Shown here piece after piece: positions 12,401-29,178 of a stretch of DNA of 64,000 bases (position 1 is the first letter of the stretch; the number at the start of each line of letters is the position of its first letter). The DNA is from Sphagnum compactum. Its lineage: Eukaryota. The notes beneath the pieces were generated by a model. It saw only the letters and a list, made by a program, of their open reading frames with translations, was not told the DNA's origin and made no database searches. The stretch lies in the NCBI GenBank assembly GCA_965153455.1, contig OZ234494.1:11842001-11906000 (forward strand), written 5' to 3'. The translations under genes were made by a program, and so were the position numbers.

Positions 12401-15400
12401 TGCGGAACGATGAGCGGGTCAATCATCAGCTGGACGTAAAGTTCCAGGAATCCTATCTGAGGAAAGTGTGCATTCTACTGCGATGCAATTTGAGTGAAGG
12501 GGCTGTGGGGAGTAATAAAGATGCAGCTGATATTCTTGGAAGCCAGGGTGATGAGGGTGAGAAGCTGGAAGAGCCTATGGATGTTGAGGAAGGGGAGCTT
12601 CCTGATACACAAGGTTTGGGCACCCTTGATGCCCTTTCAGCTTCTCTTGCACTTGATATATCTTTTAGTGGCAAGCTCATTTGCTCTATGCTCTAAATCT
12701 ATGCACTAATTCTGTGATTGCAGTGGTTTCGGGAGGGGAGCATGTGGATGAGATTCTGGGAGCAGCAGTAGCAGATGGAAAAGTGACACCTAAGGTGCAG
12801 TCACTGATCAAGATTTTGCTTCGCTATCAGCACACTGACGATTTCCGAGCAATTATTTTTGTGGAGCGTGTAGTCGTGGCTCAGATCCTTCCCAAGGTAC
12901 ATAACAAGAGTTTGCCAGGTCTTGGATTTTTTTTCCAATGTAGTTTTCTTTGCCAGTTGTGGGAGTGAGAAAATGAGTCATGATTCTGTTATGTTGTCCA
13001 GTAGAGGAGGATTTCACCTGCTGCTCTGCAGAGAAGAATCCCATCAGGCCAACATGAGGTTGAGATGACTTGTGGTGACTAAATGTGGTGGTTTTTTGCA
13101 ATTGGGTGTGGGGGTTTTTTTTTTTTGCAGGTTTTTGCAGAGTTGCCATCACTGAAGTTCGTGAAATGTGCCTGTTTGATAGGGCATAACAACAATCAGG
13201 ACATGCGGACAAGGCAGATGCAGGAGACGATCTCCAAGTTCCGAGATGGACGGGTGTGCTATTCTCTTGGTTTAGTGTGAGCTTTCCTGGGGTGTAATTG
13301 ATTGTTGTGGGTGGTGGTTATCTGACAAAAGCCTGATAAAGCTTCTCTGGATTACTAGGTGGTCTTTGATGACATAGGCCTTAACTCTCAATGTTTTTGC
13401 TTGAGTTAACGCCAGTGTGATCAGTGATGACCTAGTGGCCCACCTGGGTACTACTTTTTCCTCTATGCAAAAAAGACATCTGCGTGGAAGGCTTCTGAGT
13501 TTCTGGGTATCCAGGTTTGCCCCTTCATCATGTGGTGGGTTCTTTTGTGTGGCATCCAAGCTTTTGTCATCAATGGCAGGTTTGATATGTCGGATGCCAT
13601 AATCTGACTTCATATCTTTTTTTCCACCTGTCAGAGCAAACCATATGCCTCTTGTGTATTGGTGTGGTTTTTCTGCAACAATTGGGTCTGTGTGGTCCAG
13701 TTTGCAGCACACAAATCTCTTGATTTTCTAAAACCCTGAATGTTGTCAGGAATTGCCCCCAATTTGCTTAAGCTCCTCTCTCACACTTCCTTGGTTGATG
13801 AAGGAATTTGCATGAAAAAAGGTGCCTTAAAAAGACACATTGTGCATGATGAATCAGGAGTTGCTATGTTTCTGTGAGGTTATGTATCAAGCTGAATTTC
13901 CGATTTGCAGTTTTGGCGATTGTTCCCTTGGTGGGTCCTGAGGTTGAAAGTTGGTTGAACCTAGGTGACATTGCTGGTGGCAACAAGCGTGGCAGAGGAG
14001 GGATTAGACATTCGCCAATGTAATGTCGTGATCCGGTTTGATCTTGCCAAGACTGTGCTGGCCTACATTCAGTCACGTGGTCGTGCGCGCAAGCCTGGCT
14101 CAGATTATATACTGATGCTTGAAAGGTAATGTGCCAGATGATGTCTTCTGGTGCTGCCTCTACTCTTTTAACATATTGTTGATGGGTTGCTGCACATGAA
14201 CGCTTCTGTATTCTCATTGGAATTTGACCCCTCTGCTAAGCACTGGTAGAACCTCCTGAACCTTAGGCATAGTTATATGGTTTACAAAGGCAAGACTCTG
14301 GATGTATGTAGTGGTCATGTAGAGCTTTCTGATTGGATAATCGCAATTGAGATTTGAGATTGGCTATGTGTTGTGAGATGATGTTGTCGAATAAAAGCAT
14401 GCACAGCTGCCCTTGTAGTAAACCCTTATGTCTCTTCTAAGTCTGGAAAATGCTTGGTGTCTGGTTTTGCTTGGGCAGGGGGAATTTGACACATGAGGCT
14501 TTCTTACGCAATGCACGCAACAGTGAAGAGACTCTTCGGAAGGAAGCTATTGAAAGAACTGACATTGGGTCTTCAAGGGAGGCTGCAATACTGGCCTCCA
14601 TTCAAGGTGTGGAGGGTGAGATTTATCAGGTGCCTGCCACGGGGGCAGTGGTGAGCTTGAATTCTGCCGTTGGTCTTGTTCACTTCTACTGCTCTCAGCT
14701 TCCCAGTGACAGGTTTGTAGTCTGACTGATTTTATCCCATCTTACTTGACCTGCTTGCATTTCTGAGTGGAACTATTTGTGCATGCTTTTATTTTTTTAC
14801 CATTGACGCCTTTGATCAGCTATGTTTCTTGAGTGCTAGCCATCACCATGACCCAGTCTTCCTGTGTCTTCTGGAAATGGAACAGGTACTCGATCCTGCG
14901 CCCTGAGTTCATAATGCACCAGCATGAGAAAGAAGGGGGTGTCGTCAAGTACTCATGCAAGCTGCAGCTGCCTTGCAATGCCCCCCTGGAGACAGTTGAG
15001 GGGCCTATCTGTAGTTCCATCCGGGGTGCACAGCAGGTGAACCTGAACTAAGGATCTCATTCTGTCATAGCCTGTATTCCTGAATCAAGGAGGCCCATAC
15101 AATAACCAATTATATGGTTTTTTCTGAGGAAATTCAAGTAATTGAGGAAAGATTGTCATTTCCATCAAAAAAAGAGAGTTAGCAATAGGGTTTATTACTC
15201 AAGTTACCCGTGGGAAGTGATAAGAAAATACAAGTATATATCTGTTTCTTTTGTTTTCGAAAGTGGTGTAAAGGCTGTTTGAGCTAAGTGTTGCTAAGTC
15301 TTTTGTGCCACATTTGGCCAATGTGGAATATGGGTTTTGCAGGCGGTCTGTTTGGATGCATGCAAGAAACTCCATGCTATGGGTGCGTTCACAGACATGC

Positions 15401-18400
15401 TTTTACCAGACAAGGGAAGTGGTGAAGAGGCAGCTAAAGTAGATGGCAATGAAGAGGGGGAGCCTCTTCCTGGAACTGCTCGACACAGGGAGTACTACCC
15501 TGAAGGCATTGCTGAGATCCTGAAGGTGATGGACATATTGAAATTCTCTCTTTCAGGAGTTTGGGGAAGTTTTTCCTTTCTTGCACATTTTTGCCATTGA
15601 ATCTCAACTTTTATGAGGATGAGATTCTGACCTGAATGAGGCAGGACTTTGCTCATGTATCTAGAATCCATGTGTCACTGTGTCTTATGTTTTATCACCA
15701 CAATTGAATGATGAATGTGATAGGAGGAGCTCATTTGGTGTTTGTTGACAGGGTGATTGGATATTAGCTGGAAATGATTGGGAGACAAACAAAATGAGCA
15801 AGGTGTCGCTTTTTGTTTACAAGGTTGAGTGTGAAAATATTGGCTTCTCCAAGGACCCACTTCTGACTGAAACATCAAACTATGCAATTCTTTTTGGCCA
15901 AGAGCTGAATTCAGAGGTGAGTACTTTACTGTTTGGGTGATGTGCTTCTCTCAAAGCCATTTTATGCTCTTTGTTAACTGAAATCTCAAGACTATGTGAA
16001 GCTCTGTAGGACAATGGCACAATGTTCATGAAAAGCCTCATGATATGGAACTGTGACTTGGAGGAACTTCAAGGCAGTAGCTTATGAGTTTGTGTTTGTG
16101 GTTTCATATGGCACCTTGCAGGTGCTAACAATGAGCATGGATCTATTTGTGGCAAGGACCATGACCACAAGGGCATCTCTCGCCTTTTGTGGGACCATTG
16201 AGATGAATATGAGTGAGGTATTGAGCTGCTGACAGCTTAAGCAATTTTTCTTGGTAGCTTGAAGGACCTATGAAGTAAGGCCAAGAAGTTGGTTGATATA
16301 GCAAAAGTTTCAGTCTGACCCATTCTTGTCTTGAAAAAGCCTGGCTGGATTGCTTTATTTGTTGTGGGTGTTGGTTCTGCAGTTGAATCTGATCAAGAGT
16401 TTTCATGTGAGGCTCATGAGCATTGTCCTGGACGTGGATGTGGAGCCAGCCACAACTCCATGGGACCCAGTGAAGGCTTATCTTTTTGCACCCATCTTGG
16501 AAAAACCTTCTGATGCAGCTGCAAGTATCCTGGATTGGTCACTAATACGAGGAACAGTCACTACAGACTCTTGGAACAATCCTCTACAGCGTGCACGACC
16601 TGATGTGTACTTGGGGACAGATGAGCGTGCTCTTGGTGGCGACCGAAGAGAGTATGGGTTCGGAAAGCTACGCTATGGTTTGGCCTTTGGACAAAAGGCA
16701 CATCCAACTTATGGGATCCGAGGAGCCGTTGCCCAGTTTGATGTCGTTAGAGCAACTGGGTTACTGCCTATTCAAGATGTCCTAGAAACCGAAAAAGTGC
16801 AGGAAGTGGCTCCTGAGGGGAAGCTTTTCTTGGCCGATGGTCTTGTTGACACTGAAGGATTGGTTGGCAAAATTGTTACAGCAGTTCATTCAGGGAAAAG
16901 GTTTTATGTGGATTCAATACGCATGGACATGAATGCAGATAGCTCATTTCCTCGAAAAGATGGCTACTTGGGTCCCTTAGAGTATACCTCATATGCCGAC
17001 TACTACAAGCAAAAGTAAGTATATATGTGGGAACTGTCTGTATGTGCATCCTGAGAAAGAACTTTGTGGGTATTGAACTTGTTGCACTGGTGACTATGGA
17101 AGTGTATGCATTTATCACCAAGTGTTGCCTCCTTGAAATTGGGTATATGGTTGGCTGGTCTCTATGTGTTTGTTGTTTGTAGCTCAGGTTTTTAGGGTTT
17201 TAGTGTTTAGGATGGGCTGTGGCTTCTTATTTTGAGGTTGAAGACAGAATTGATGTCTGGTGAGGGATGCATGAATTGGGGTGCAGATATGGAGTTGAGT
17301 TAGTCTGTAAAAAGCAACCTCTGCTCAGAGGCAGGGGAGTTTCTCACTGCAAGAATCTTCTTTCACCTCGCTTTGAAACTGCTGAGGGTATGTTGTTCTT
17401 CTTGAGCTTGAAATGTGAATCAATTGGGTTAGAGAAAATGATTTCTGTTTTAGTGTAAGGTTTTTGATTGGTCTACTGTGTATAGCTGAAGTTGCGAAAG
17501 TTTGTAATAGATTCATTCGGAGGATGTGTGAATCCTAGTGAAATCTTTGCAGGTGGGACAACCAGTTCACTAGAGGCGTTAGACAAGACATATTATGTCA
17601 TGCTGCCACCAGAATTGTGCTTAGTGCATCCGCTTCCAGGACCCTTGGTGCGGGGAGCACAGCGTCTTCCCTCTGTGATGAGGCGAGTGGAGAGTATGCT
17701 GCTAGCAATCCAGCTCAAGCATGAGATTGCATATCCCATTCCTGCTATTAAGGTCAAAAACTACTTGCACCTATGTGTTAACAACTATGACAGAAATGTT
17801 TGTGAGACTGCAGAAGAGAACAGAACTATTGAGGATTTGGCTATTGACATGGTTGTGTCTTCCTACACTCACAACTTATCTGCTGTGCTGTGCAGGTGCT
17901 TGAGGCACTGACAGCAGCTTCTTGTCAGGAAACTTTCAGCTATGAACGAGCAGAACTGCTTGGTGATGCATACTTGAAATGGGTGGTGAGTCGAAGGTTG
18001 TTTCTAAAGTTTCCAAGCAAACATGAAGGGCAGCTGACACGCATGCGACAGCAGACTGTCAGTAACTCTGTGCTCTACCAATATGCCTTAGAGAAGGGGC
18101 TTCAAAGTTACATTCAAGCAGATCGGTTTGCTCCGTCACGATGGGCAGCACCCGGTGTGCCTCCTGTGTTTGATGAGGATACAAAGGATGGGGAAGAGCT
18201 AGACAAACGGAAACTGCCTACCGAAGAAGAGAAGAGAAAAGCTGAACAAGAGGAACGGGAGGAAGAAGAAGAGGAAGGAGAGGAAGGAGAGGTGGAAACA
18301 GTTGTAGAAGTGGTGGATGATGATGATGCAAGCAACATGGAGGATGGAGAGATTGAGGGTGATGCAAGTGCCTATCGGGTACTTTCGAGTAAGACATTGG

Positions 18401-20363
18401 CAGATGTGGTTGAAGCTTTCATTGGTATCTACTATGTGGAAGGAGGCCAACCTGCGGCTACCCATTTGATGAACTGGATAGGGATTCCTGTTGAATTTGA
18501 CACCATAGATGGAGAACAGGCACAGGCAGGTTGTCAAGTTCCTGAGACGGTGTTGCGAAGCATTGATTTCACAGCAATTGAAAGTTATGTTGGCCACCAG
18601 TTTCGGGAGCGGAGTTTGTTGGTGGAGGCTATAACACATGCCTCCCGTCCATCTTCAGGAGTGCCTTGTTATCAACGGCTCGAGTTTGTCGGGGATGCAG
18701 TCTTGGATCACCTCATCACCAAATATCTTTTCTTCAGCTATACCGACCTGCCTCCTGGACGGCTCACAGACTTAAGAGCTGCAGCTGTGAATAATGAGAA
18801 TTTTGCCCGTGTTTCAGTGAAGCATAAATTTCACCTCCATTTGCGTCATGGTTCTAGTGCGCTGGAGACTCAGGTAATTTTGCTGCAAGTTTGTGGGTTG
18901 GGAATCTGTCTTAAACTAATGCACCCAAATCTCAGAAATGGATGTTGTGGATTGTGAAGCAGTATCAAGTATCATCTCAGACAGTATTTGAGGCAGTTTT
19001 TTTGAACTATGATATGTGTTAGATGTTCAAGTATTGAGTTTTGTAGGAATATGACATATTTTGTTTCCAGATTCTGCTTTGTGGTTTGAGTGAGGCATGT
19101 TTGTAGATTTGCAAAAGTTTGAGAAGTAATGGGACTCTGTGTATCTCCCGAAGTGTCCCAGTGATTCCATTTCACCTGTGTGTAAGATCATTTGTTTGAC
19201 AGTTGACAGCTGATTGCTTGCAGATCCGTGATTTTGTGAAAGACATTCAGACTGAGCTTGATAAGCCTGGAGTGAATTCTTTTGGGCTCGGAGATTTCAA
19301 GGCTCCAAAGGTGCTTGGGGATATTTTGGAGTCCATAGCCGGTGCTCTTTTCCTGGACACAGGCCTGGACACCAATAAAGTTTGGGAGGTGAGTTTGATT
19401 TTTTTTTCAAGCCTCTTCTCTCATCGTTTCTGTCCAGCTCTTCTGGCAATTTTGTTGATCTACCAACCAGGTTACAAGTTGCATCTTATGTCATAAAGTT
19501 AACTGCTGTGTTGTGGAATTTAGGTTTATGATAACCTTTGCCTTCTTTGTTTCCTGGCCAACAGGTGTTTGAGCCACTTCTACAACCAATGGTGACACCA
19601 GAAACATTACCCATGCATCCAGTGCGTGAACTGCAAGAACGCTGCCAGCAGCAAGCAGAGGGTCTGGAGTACAAGGCCACGCGAGCAGGCAATGTGGCGA
19701 CTGTGGAGGTCTATGTAGATGGGGTGCAGATTGGCTCAGCTCAAAATGCACAGAAGAAAATGGCTCAGAAGTTGGCTGCGCGCAATGCACTCGTGATTTT
19801 GAAGGAGAAGGAGGTGATCAAAGAGCAAGCTGCAAAGGATGCTGCCGGTGAAGCTGGGGATGCCAACAATGGGAAGGCCAAAAAAAATGGGAATGCCCCC
19901 TTCACACGACAAGCACTGAATGACATCTGCTTGAAAAGACAATGGCCAATGCCACAGTACAAGTACATTTTTTTTCTGGCCTGAATTCTACTTTGTTCTA
20001 TTCTCTTATCCATGATCAGATGGGTACAGGATCAAATGTACGTTTTTGGTTTTTGTGTCAATAAAATTCCTTAACTCATCTTCTTAGTGGATCAGATTGC
20101 ATTTCTGCTCATGATGCATTGCTGCAGTATTCTGGTTAGAGTAGGAAGAGTGGGAAGTAGTGATTTTTAAACAGGCCCAATTTCCTTACAGGTGTGCTGC
20201 AGAAGGTGGACCAGCGCATGCTAAGAGATTTACATATTCAGTGCGAGTGCACACCACTGACAAGGGGTGGACAGAGGAATGTGTTGGAGAACCAATGCCA
20301 AGTGTGAAGAAAGCTAAGGACTCAGCTGCAGTGCTATTGTTGCAGCTCTTGAAACGCGGGTAA
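9419..20363 (+). CDS. DCL1: Dicer-like 1 endoribonuclease, 20 coding exons, about 2017 aa
   Basis: GT-AG exons: 9419-10582, 10913-11026, 11323-11533, 11750-12144, 12376-12613, 12724-12896, 13131-13253, 13965-14125, 14479-14712, 14886-15036, 15343-15525, 15752-15916, 16122-16217, 16383-17014, 17287-17387, 17553-17752, 17896-18873, 19224-19388, 19565-19962, 20192-20363. Total 6054 nt with continuous frame. Motifs: helicase [24 protein letters not shown] and QSRGRAR; DUF283; PAZ; RNase IIIa ERAELLGD; RNase IIIb QRLEFVGD; two dsRBDs. Start at ATG 9419 (MDWRWQ) is inferred. Confidence 0.96.
13348..13442 (+). ncRNA. Putative intronic miRNA precursor hairpin in DCL1 intron 7 (MIR1047-like position)
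   Basis: Arm 13348-13387 pairs with arm 13403-13442 with no bulges: 34 of 40 positions paired (5 G:U), 15-nt loop. A 21/21-nt duplex with 2-nt 3' overhangs fits at 13354-13374 and 13418-13438. Confidence 0.8.
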
Positions 20364-23127
20364 CAAAGAACCTTTTTATTTCATGATGGGGTCTGCAAAT
20401 TGCAGCAAAATTTTTGCGATGACACAGCATTGACTTTTCAGAAGTTGGAAATCAACTCGGGAAATTTGTGCAAGTGTGTGGGCGAGGTTAAGGAATTCAT
20501 TTATATTGTTATGTTTATGCTTTTTATTCATCAGCCAGTTTGGGCGAGCATTTGTGTGACATAAAAAAAAAGAAGAAGCCATATCTAGCTGTCTACCAGT
20601 TGTATTGGGTTGCAAAGAATCACAACTCAATCACTTTTTCTGACTTGGAAAGACTTCACCACTGAAACCTCTTAAGCCTTGGGGCTGTGTACTAAATTTT
20701 ACTGGTGGAAGTTAGGACAGTACTTTTGTACTTCATGGATGAACCTGTAATGCCCTGTTGGTTGGGATAAGGGCACTTGTGAGATTCTACATAGTTACTT
20801 CTGTTAAACCCTAAACTCTAAACCCTAAAGAGTCTACAAATTGTTGGTTGGTGGTTGATAGGTTTTATGTGTGCTATTCCACCACTTATTGAGGTGGATT
20901 TTGTGCATGTTCCAGCGGGTGCTGAGATGGATTTTATGACATGTATGAAATTGCACATGGGAAAAAGTAGACATGGTAGGCAACACGGTTTCCTGCTTTC
21001 CCCAAATACCTTTCCTTCCTAGAGTAACTTTATTAAGTTGTGCAAAATTTTGCGCTGTGGCTAAATTTTTGAAAATCTTTGTTGTAAATTCAACGATTTT
21101 TTGAAGTATAGCCAAAGGTTGAAAAAGTTTTCAAAAAAAATCGTAGCTATCTACACATGCTTCAAGTACGCATCCAAAAGCATAGAAGGATGTTAAAAAA
21201 TTTCCTTTTATATTTTAATAGCCAAATTTTGGCTATATCAGGTTATGGAAGATTGTCACCTCAGCTACATGACAAAATTGAAAAAGAAAAAGAAATCACA
21301 GCTAATCAGGAGTGAGGACCATAAATTTGTTGCTCTTGGACACATGTAACAATAAGTAAAACCTCTGCATGATTTCATTTCATTTTTAATTATCAAAACA
21401 ATAAAATTGCATCAACTTCAATGTGTTATCCTCCTACACAACCTAATGCCTTCCAAACATGGTTAATGTCCCATGATCAGAATGAAGAGAAACCATTAGT
21501 TCACTGTAATTAGTCATGTGACACCATCTTCACTCATCATGCAATGAGCCAAACACAATTTCAAGGATTTTATCCAAATTGAAAATTTGTGGGTTCTCCC
21601 AATTGTTCAAGTTTTAAGGTGGGGTGCAATTGAAGACTTACAAAACAGCTACAGGAAAACACTCATCAAATCTTTAAGAACTTATTTATGAGGATCACCA
21701 TGTGAAAGGTTAAACATATGATGCGTTACAACAACAATTCATCATGAGAATCACCATGTGAAACCATAAATATATGATGGATTTGAATGAATCAAATATA
21801 AAACTTGGCATCCTAATCAAACCAGCAACTGATTGATTGCATAAATGGTTCTACCCTTTATGCCACGTTCAATCAAAATCACAAATTACAATAAAACAAT
21901 ATCACTTGGCCACATAATTTGGATGCAAAATGAATTTGACAGGAAAAAGCAACATAGCAAATCAAGCTAGATGTCTTCTGTCATTCACAAATTGGTTCCA
22001 AGTTTGAGGCAAAAAAATTATGTGAAGTCTTCTAGAGCAAAGCCAACAAAACCAGAATTTGAGTGGAAAACAGAAAACTTCTTAATAGAGCATTTGAAAA
22101 AAAACACATGTATGTGGAATTGCAAGAGTTGAGAAAGAGATATCCATTACATGATACACAAGAATATTCAACCTGGGCAGATCCAAGCATATAAGTGTGA
22201 GAAGAGTACATTCCTATGACCTGTACAGGATGCTAAATAAACACCGTCAGTTACAGAAACTAACAAATTTTGACGTCCAGCTGGTACAAACCTATGAGTG
22301 CCTTCTTGAGGTTATTTATGAGGATCTGGTGAAAACTCCACAAAGCACTTTCATGGTAAGCATGGAGATAGTTCGAGCCAAACCAAAACAAACATGAGGA
22401 AAATGAGTGCTGCCACAACCTTGTGTTACTCACAGAGTATCGGACCATCACCTTCATCTTGAATGCCACCTGAATGGCTGCAACTAGCTGCCATTAGTCC
22501 CCACTGATGTATCATAGGTAAGTGTAAGCTCAAAATTTCAGGCAAAACACTTATAAATGAATCTTCATCCTCTGTTCCTGTCAAATTTCCAGAAGCAATG
22601 GGAAGACTCAGTCATGATATCAGCTAGTACTCAAGAGGCCACGAATCAAAAAAAGTCAATATTAGCCTCATTCAAGCTGTAACAAACTTGTGAGGATGAG
22701 CTTTGTTTGATTTTAGCTTGCCCCTGTACAAGCAAGCATCTAATCCTAAAGGCATAGAGAGGCCTAAAGAGAGAGAGAGGGGGGGGGGGGTTGTGGTTGG
22801 GGCCTAATGCACCCTGAACATATCCATTAAGCAGACCACTGGTGACTACTTGGATCCAGTACATCCACTTTAGCCACTGGAAAACATATTTATGAGATTG
22901 CAGAGAGAACACTCCACAATAACACTCTGAAGGTAACTGTCGGGTGGGCTATTATTGGTAATGTCCAACATCACACCTCCCAGCCCTTGCCTTTTGCTTC
23001 ATAGCTGGCACAATATCTGAACCAGATATTCTTCTCTGAACTCCCACTTGTTGTGACAAACAGTTTGTCCTTTCATCATAAATTTGCATGACAGAAATTG
23101 ATGTCTGCTGTCTTACTGCAGCCTAGA

Positions 23128-26458
<3,331 letters not shown>

Positions 26459-29178
26459 CTTCTCAAGCTAGGCAGCCGTCTACACACTCTTCTTCTGTTT
26501 GTCACGGGTGATCTCGTCAACTTTCCAAACGAGTCCTCTGCGATGTGGTAAGACAAATTCCCTGTGGCGCTGTTGTTCACCAAAAGAATGTGAGAGCAAA
26601 GTGGATATGAGAGATGGGTTTCAGGCCTGCTGGTTCTATACTACAGCTGGACCTCAGATCACTTGATGACGCGCTTCCTGTGTTGTTGTGGCCCCGAGGT
26701 CTCATCGCTGTAGCGCCTGGAGGAGGACCCCGCCATCTCCAGGCGTCGTCGTCTCCTCCTCCTCCTCTGCCCACAACCCGCCGCTTTGCCGGCCTTTTGT
26801 TTGTCGTGTCTTTTGGCCCGTCGTTTTGCCGGCCTTTTGTCCTACACCCACCATGTTCCAACATTATTATATGTGCTTCAGCAGTTCCCCCCCCCCCTAA
26901 TCGAAAATTTGGTGAATTTCTTTAAAAATTAGAAAAATTAGCCAAATTTACACTTAAAAAAAAAACCTAATGAAAGGATCACAAACTTAATTGATCATGA
27001 ATACATATAAAAATATTTTTTATTCAATATAAGACTCATGCAAATTCTTTTTATATATTTATGATAAAAAAATTGGATTATCAAACATATCATTATCCCA
27101 AAAAATTGTTAATAAACATTCATTTTGTCACAAGACATGCACAAAATGTATTTTAATATGTTTATTCATATTATAGAACATGTGTTATATAATAATGATG
27201 TGATGCATAAAACTTAATCAAATTATCAAAACATATATCAAAATACAATTTTAATCAAAATTAAAATAAACATAGTACGACATTAAAAAAAATAGTTCAT
27301 CTTTTTTTTTTTGGGTTCATAAATTATTTCAATTGTTTCTTTCACATAATGCACACATAATGAGGTGAATATCGCTTGGTGTGTAACACTATAAGCGAGT
27401 GCAAATCACAATGAAAAAGAAAAAATATGTGCATGCCTAAACATAGAAAACTCATTACATGTTCAGATGTCAATTGACATGAAATGTTGAAATAACTTTG
27501 ATAAAGATGAATTTCGACCAAAGGGTAATGACAACATAATGTAATGTGTAACATGCAATAAATCCTCTCATTCTTTGCACCAAGACTAAAAGCATTGGAA
27601 AAACAAGAAAACAACAAATATCATTATGGACCAAAAAAAAGATTTTGAGTGTTGTTGAAATGAAAGACACTAATTTATTCTTGTATGAAATTGAAATCCA
27701 TTCAGTGTATTTGCATTCAATTCCAATTCAACAATTGGATTAAGATTCAATCGATTTGAATTCAAATTCAATAAAAAACAAATGGTATGCAAATTGGTGG
27801 AGAATGTATTCAATACTTTTTTGTGAATATTATGTTAATTTTTTAAAAAAAATACACAAATCTGAAAAGACACCTTTCCATGCTTCTTCACTTGAGAATG
27901 GGCTAAAGAAATTTTCAATTTGAAATTGTTCAATGTACAATGATTTGAGGAACTTAAGATTATCCTACCTAAACCAACTCACAATGAATCATTGTCATTA
28001 GAATTAAACATGAGTTTTGACATTATCTTTTGCCACCTTTTATGCATGTCCAATGTACTATGTAAACAAAATTGAAATAAATTTATCTTTTTGAAATTAT
28101 TAGCATACAACCTTGCACACATTCACACAAAATGTTACACAAAACAAAAAAATTGTTGCATGAAAAAATATGGGTGTTGCCCCTTGCACCATGGTACAAA
28201 AATGCGAGTCCGAAAAAAACCCTAACCAAAGTGATGAATGTATACAAGCTCTAAGTTTCAATAGGGGAGGAGGAGGAGGACAATGAGGAGATTCCTTCTC
28301 CAAGCCCTCCTTCTATTACTACTACCGCCTCCACCACCATGAATCGATATAGGCCTTCCTCCTACTACCAAGAAAATAACCATAAAAAATGAAAACAAAA
28401 ACAAAAAAGTAAAAAAGACACAGAAAAACATAAAACAAAATACAAGACAAAAAAAAACAAGAGAAAAAACAAAACCCAAAAAAGAGAAAAAAAGAAAAAA
28501 AAAAAAAGGCTTTCAAGAAGAAACAAGAAGATCAATAAAACAAGCTCTGGAAAAGAAAAAAGAAAGAGCGAGCAAATAAGCTCTCAAGAAGAAAAAAGAA
28601 TAGCAATAAAACAAGCTTTGAAGAAGAAAAAAAGAAAACCACAGATTGTGGTAACCTACCTAGTAATAGGATATGGGGACTAGAGGGCAGGGAGAGACAT
28701 AGACACCCTTCAAACTGACATTTTGACAAGCAATCCTTGTCTCAAATCAATCTGCCCATTTTTGTCATTTCTTGGTTAATCTCTCATACGGTACAAAGAG
28801 AAGGGATTTGCAGCATGCTGTAATACAACATAATAAGGCATAATTACCTTGACAGCGCTAGTCACACTAAATGCTTATATCCTCCTATGGCAATAGGAAA
28901 TCTATGGGCTGTTTCTACTGTAATCACCTCATGACGTGTGCCACCAAAACCCTTGTTGATACAAACAGGGGACTAATCTGGTGTAATAGACTCAAAAACT
29001 AGAGGCCAAAAGAAACTTTGTTTCTAACAGTGACCAGAAAGAACAATAAGGGTATGTATAAGAGGAGAGACCCCAGCTCTCCAGATGTGAACAAGAACCT
29101 TTTTTCAGTGAATTGTCAAATCCCTCGTGATTCTCAATATAATTTGATCAAGCAGTAGTATTTCTGTCATCATACATT

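Noticed and set aside
20807-20830. AAACCCTAA telomere-like motifs (also near 26147, 26378, 54259, 55071)
   Set aside because: They are isolated one- to three-copy motifs with no array or consistent promoter position to support a call.
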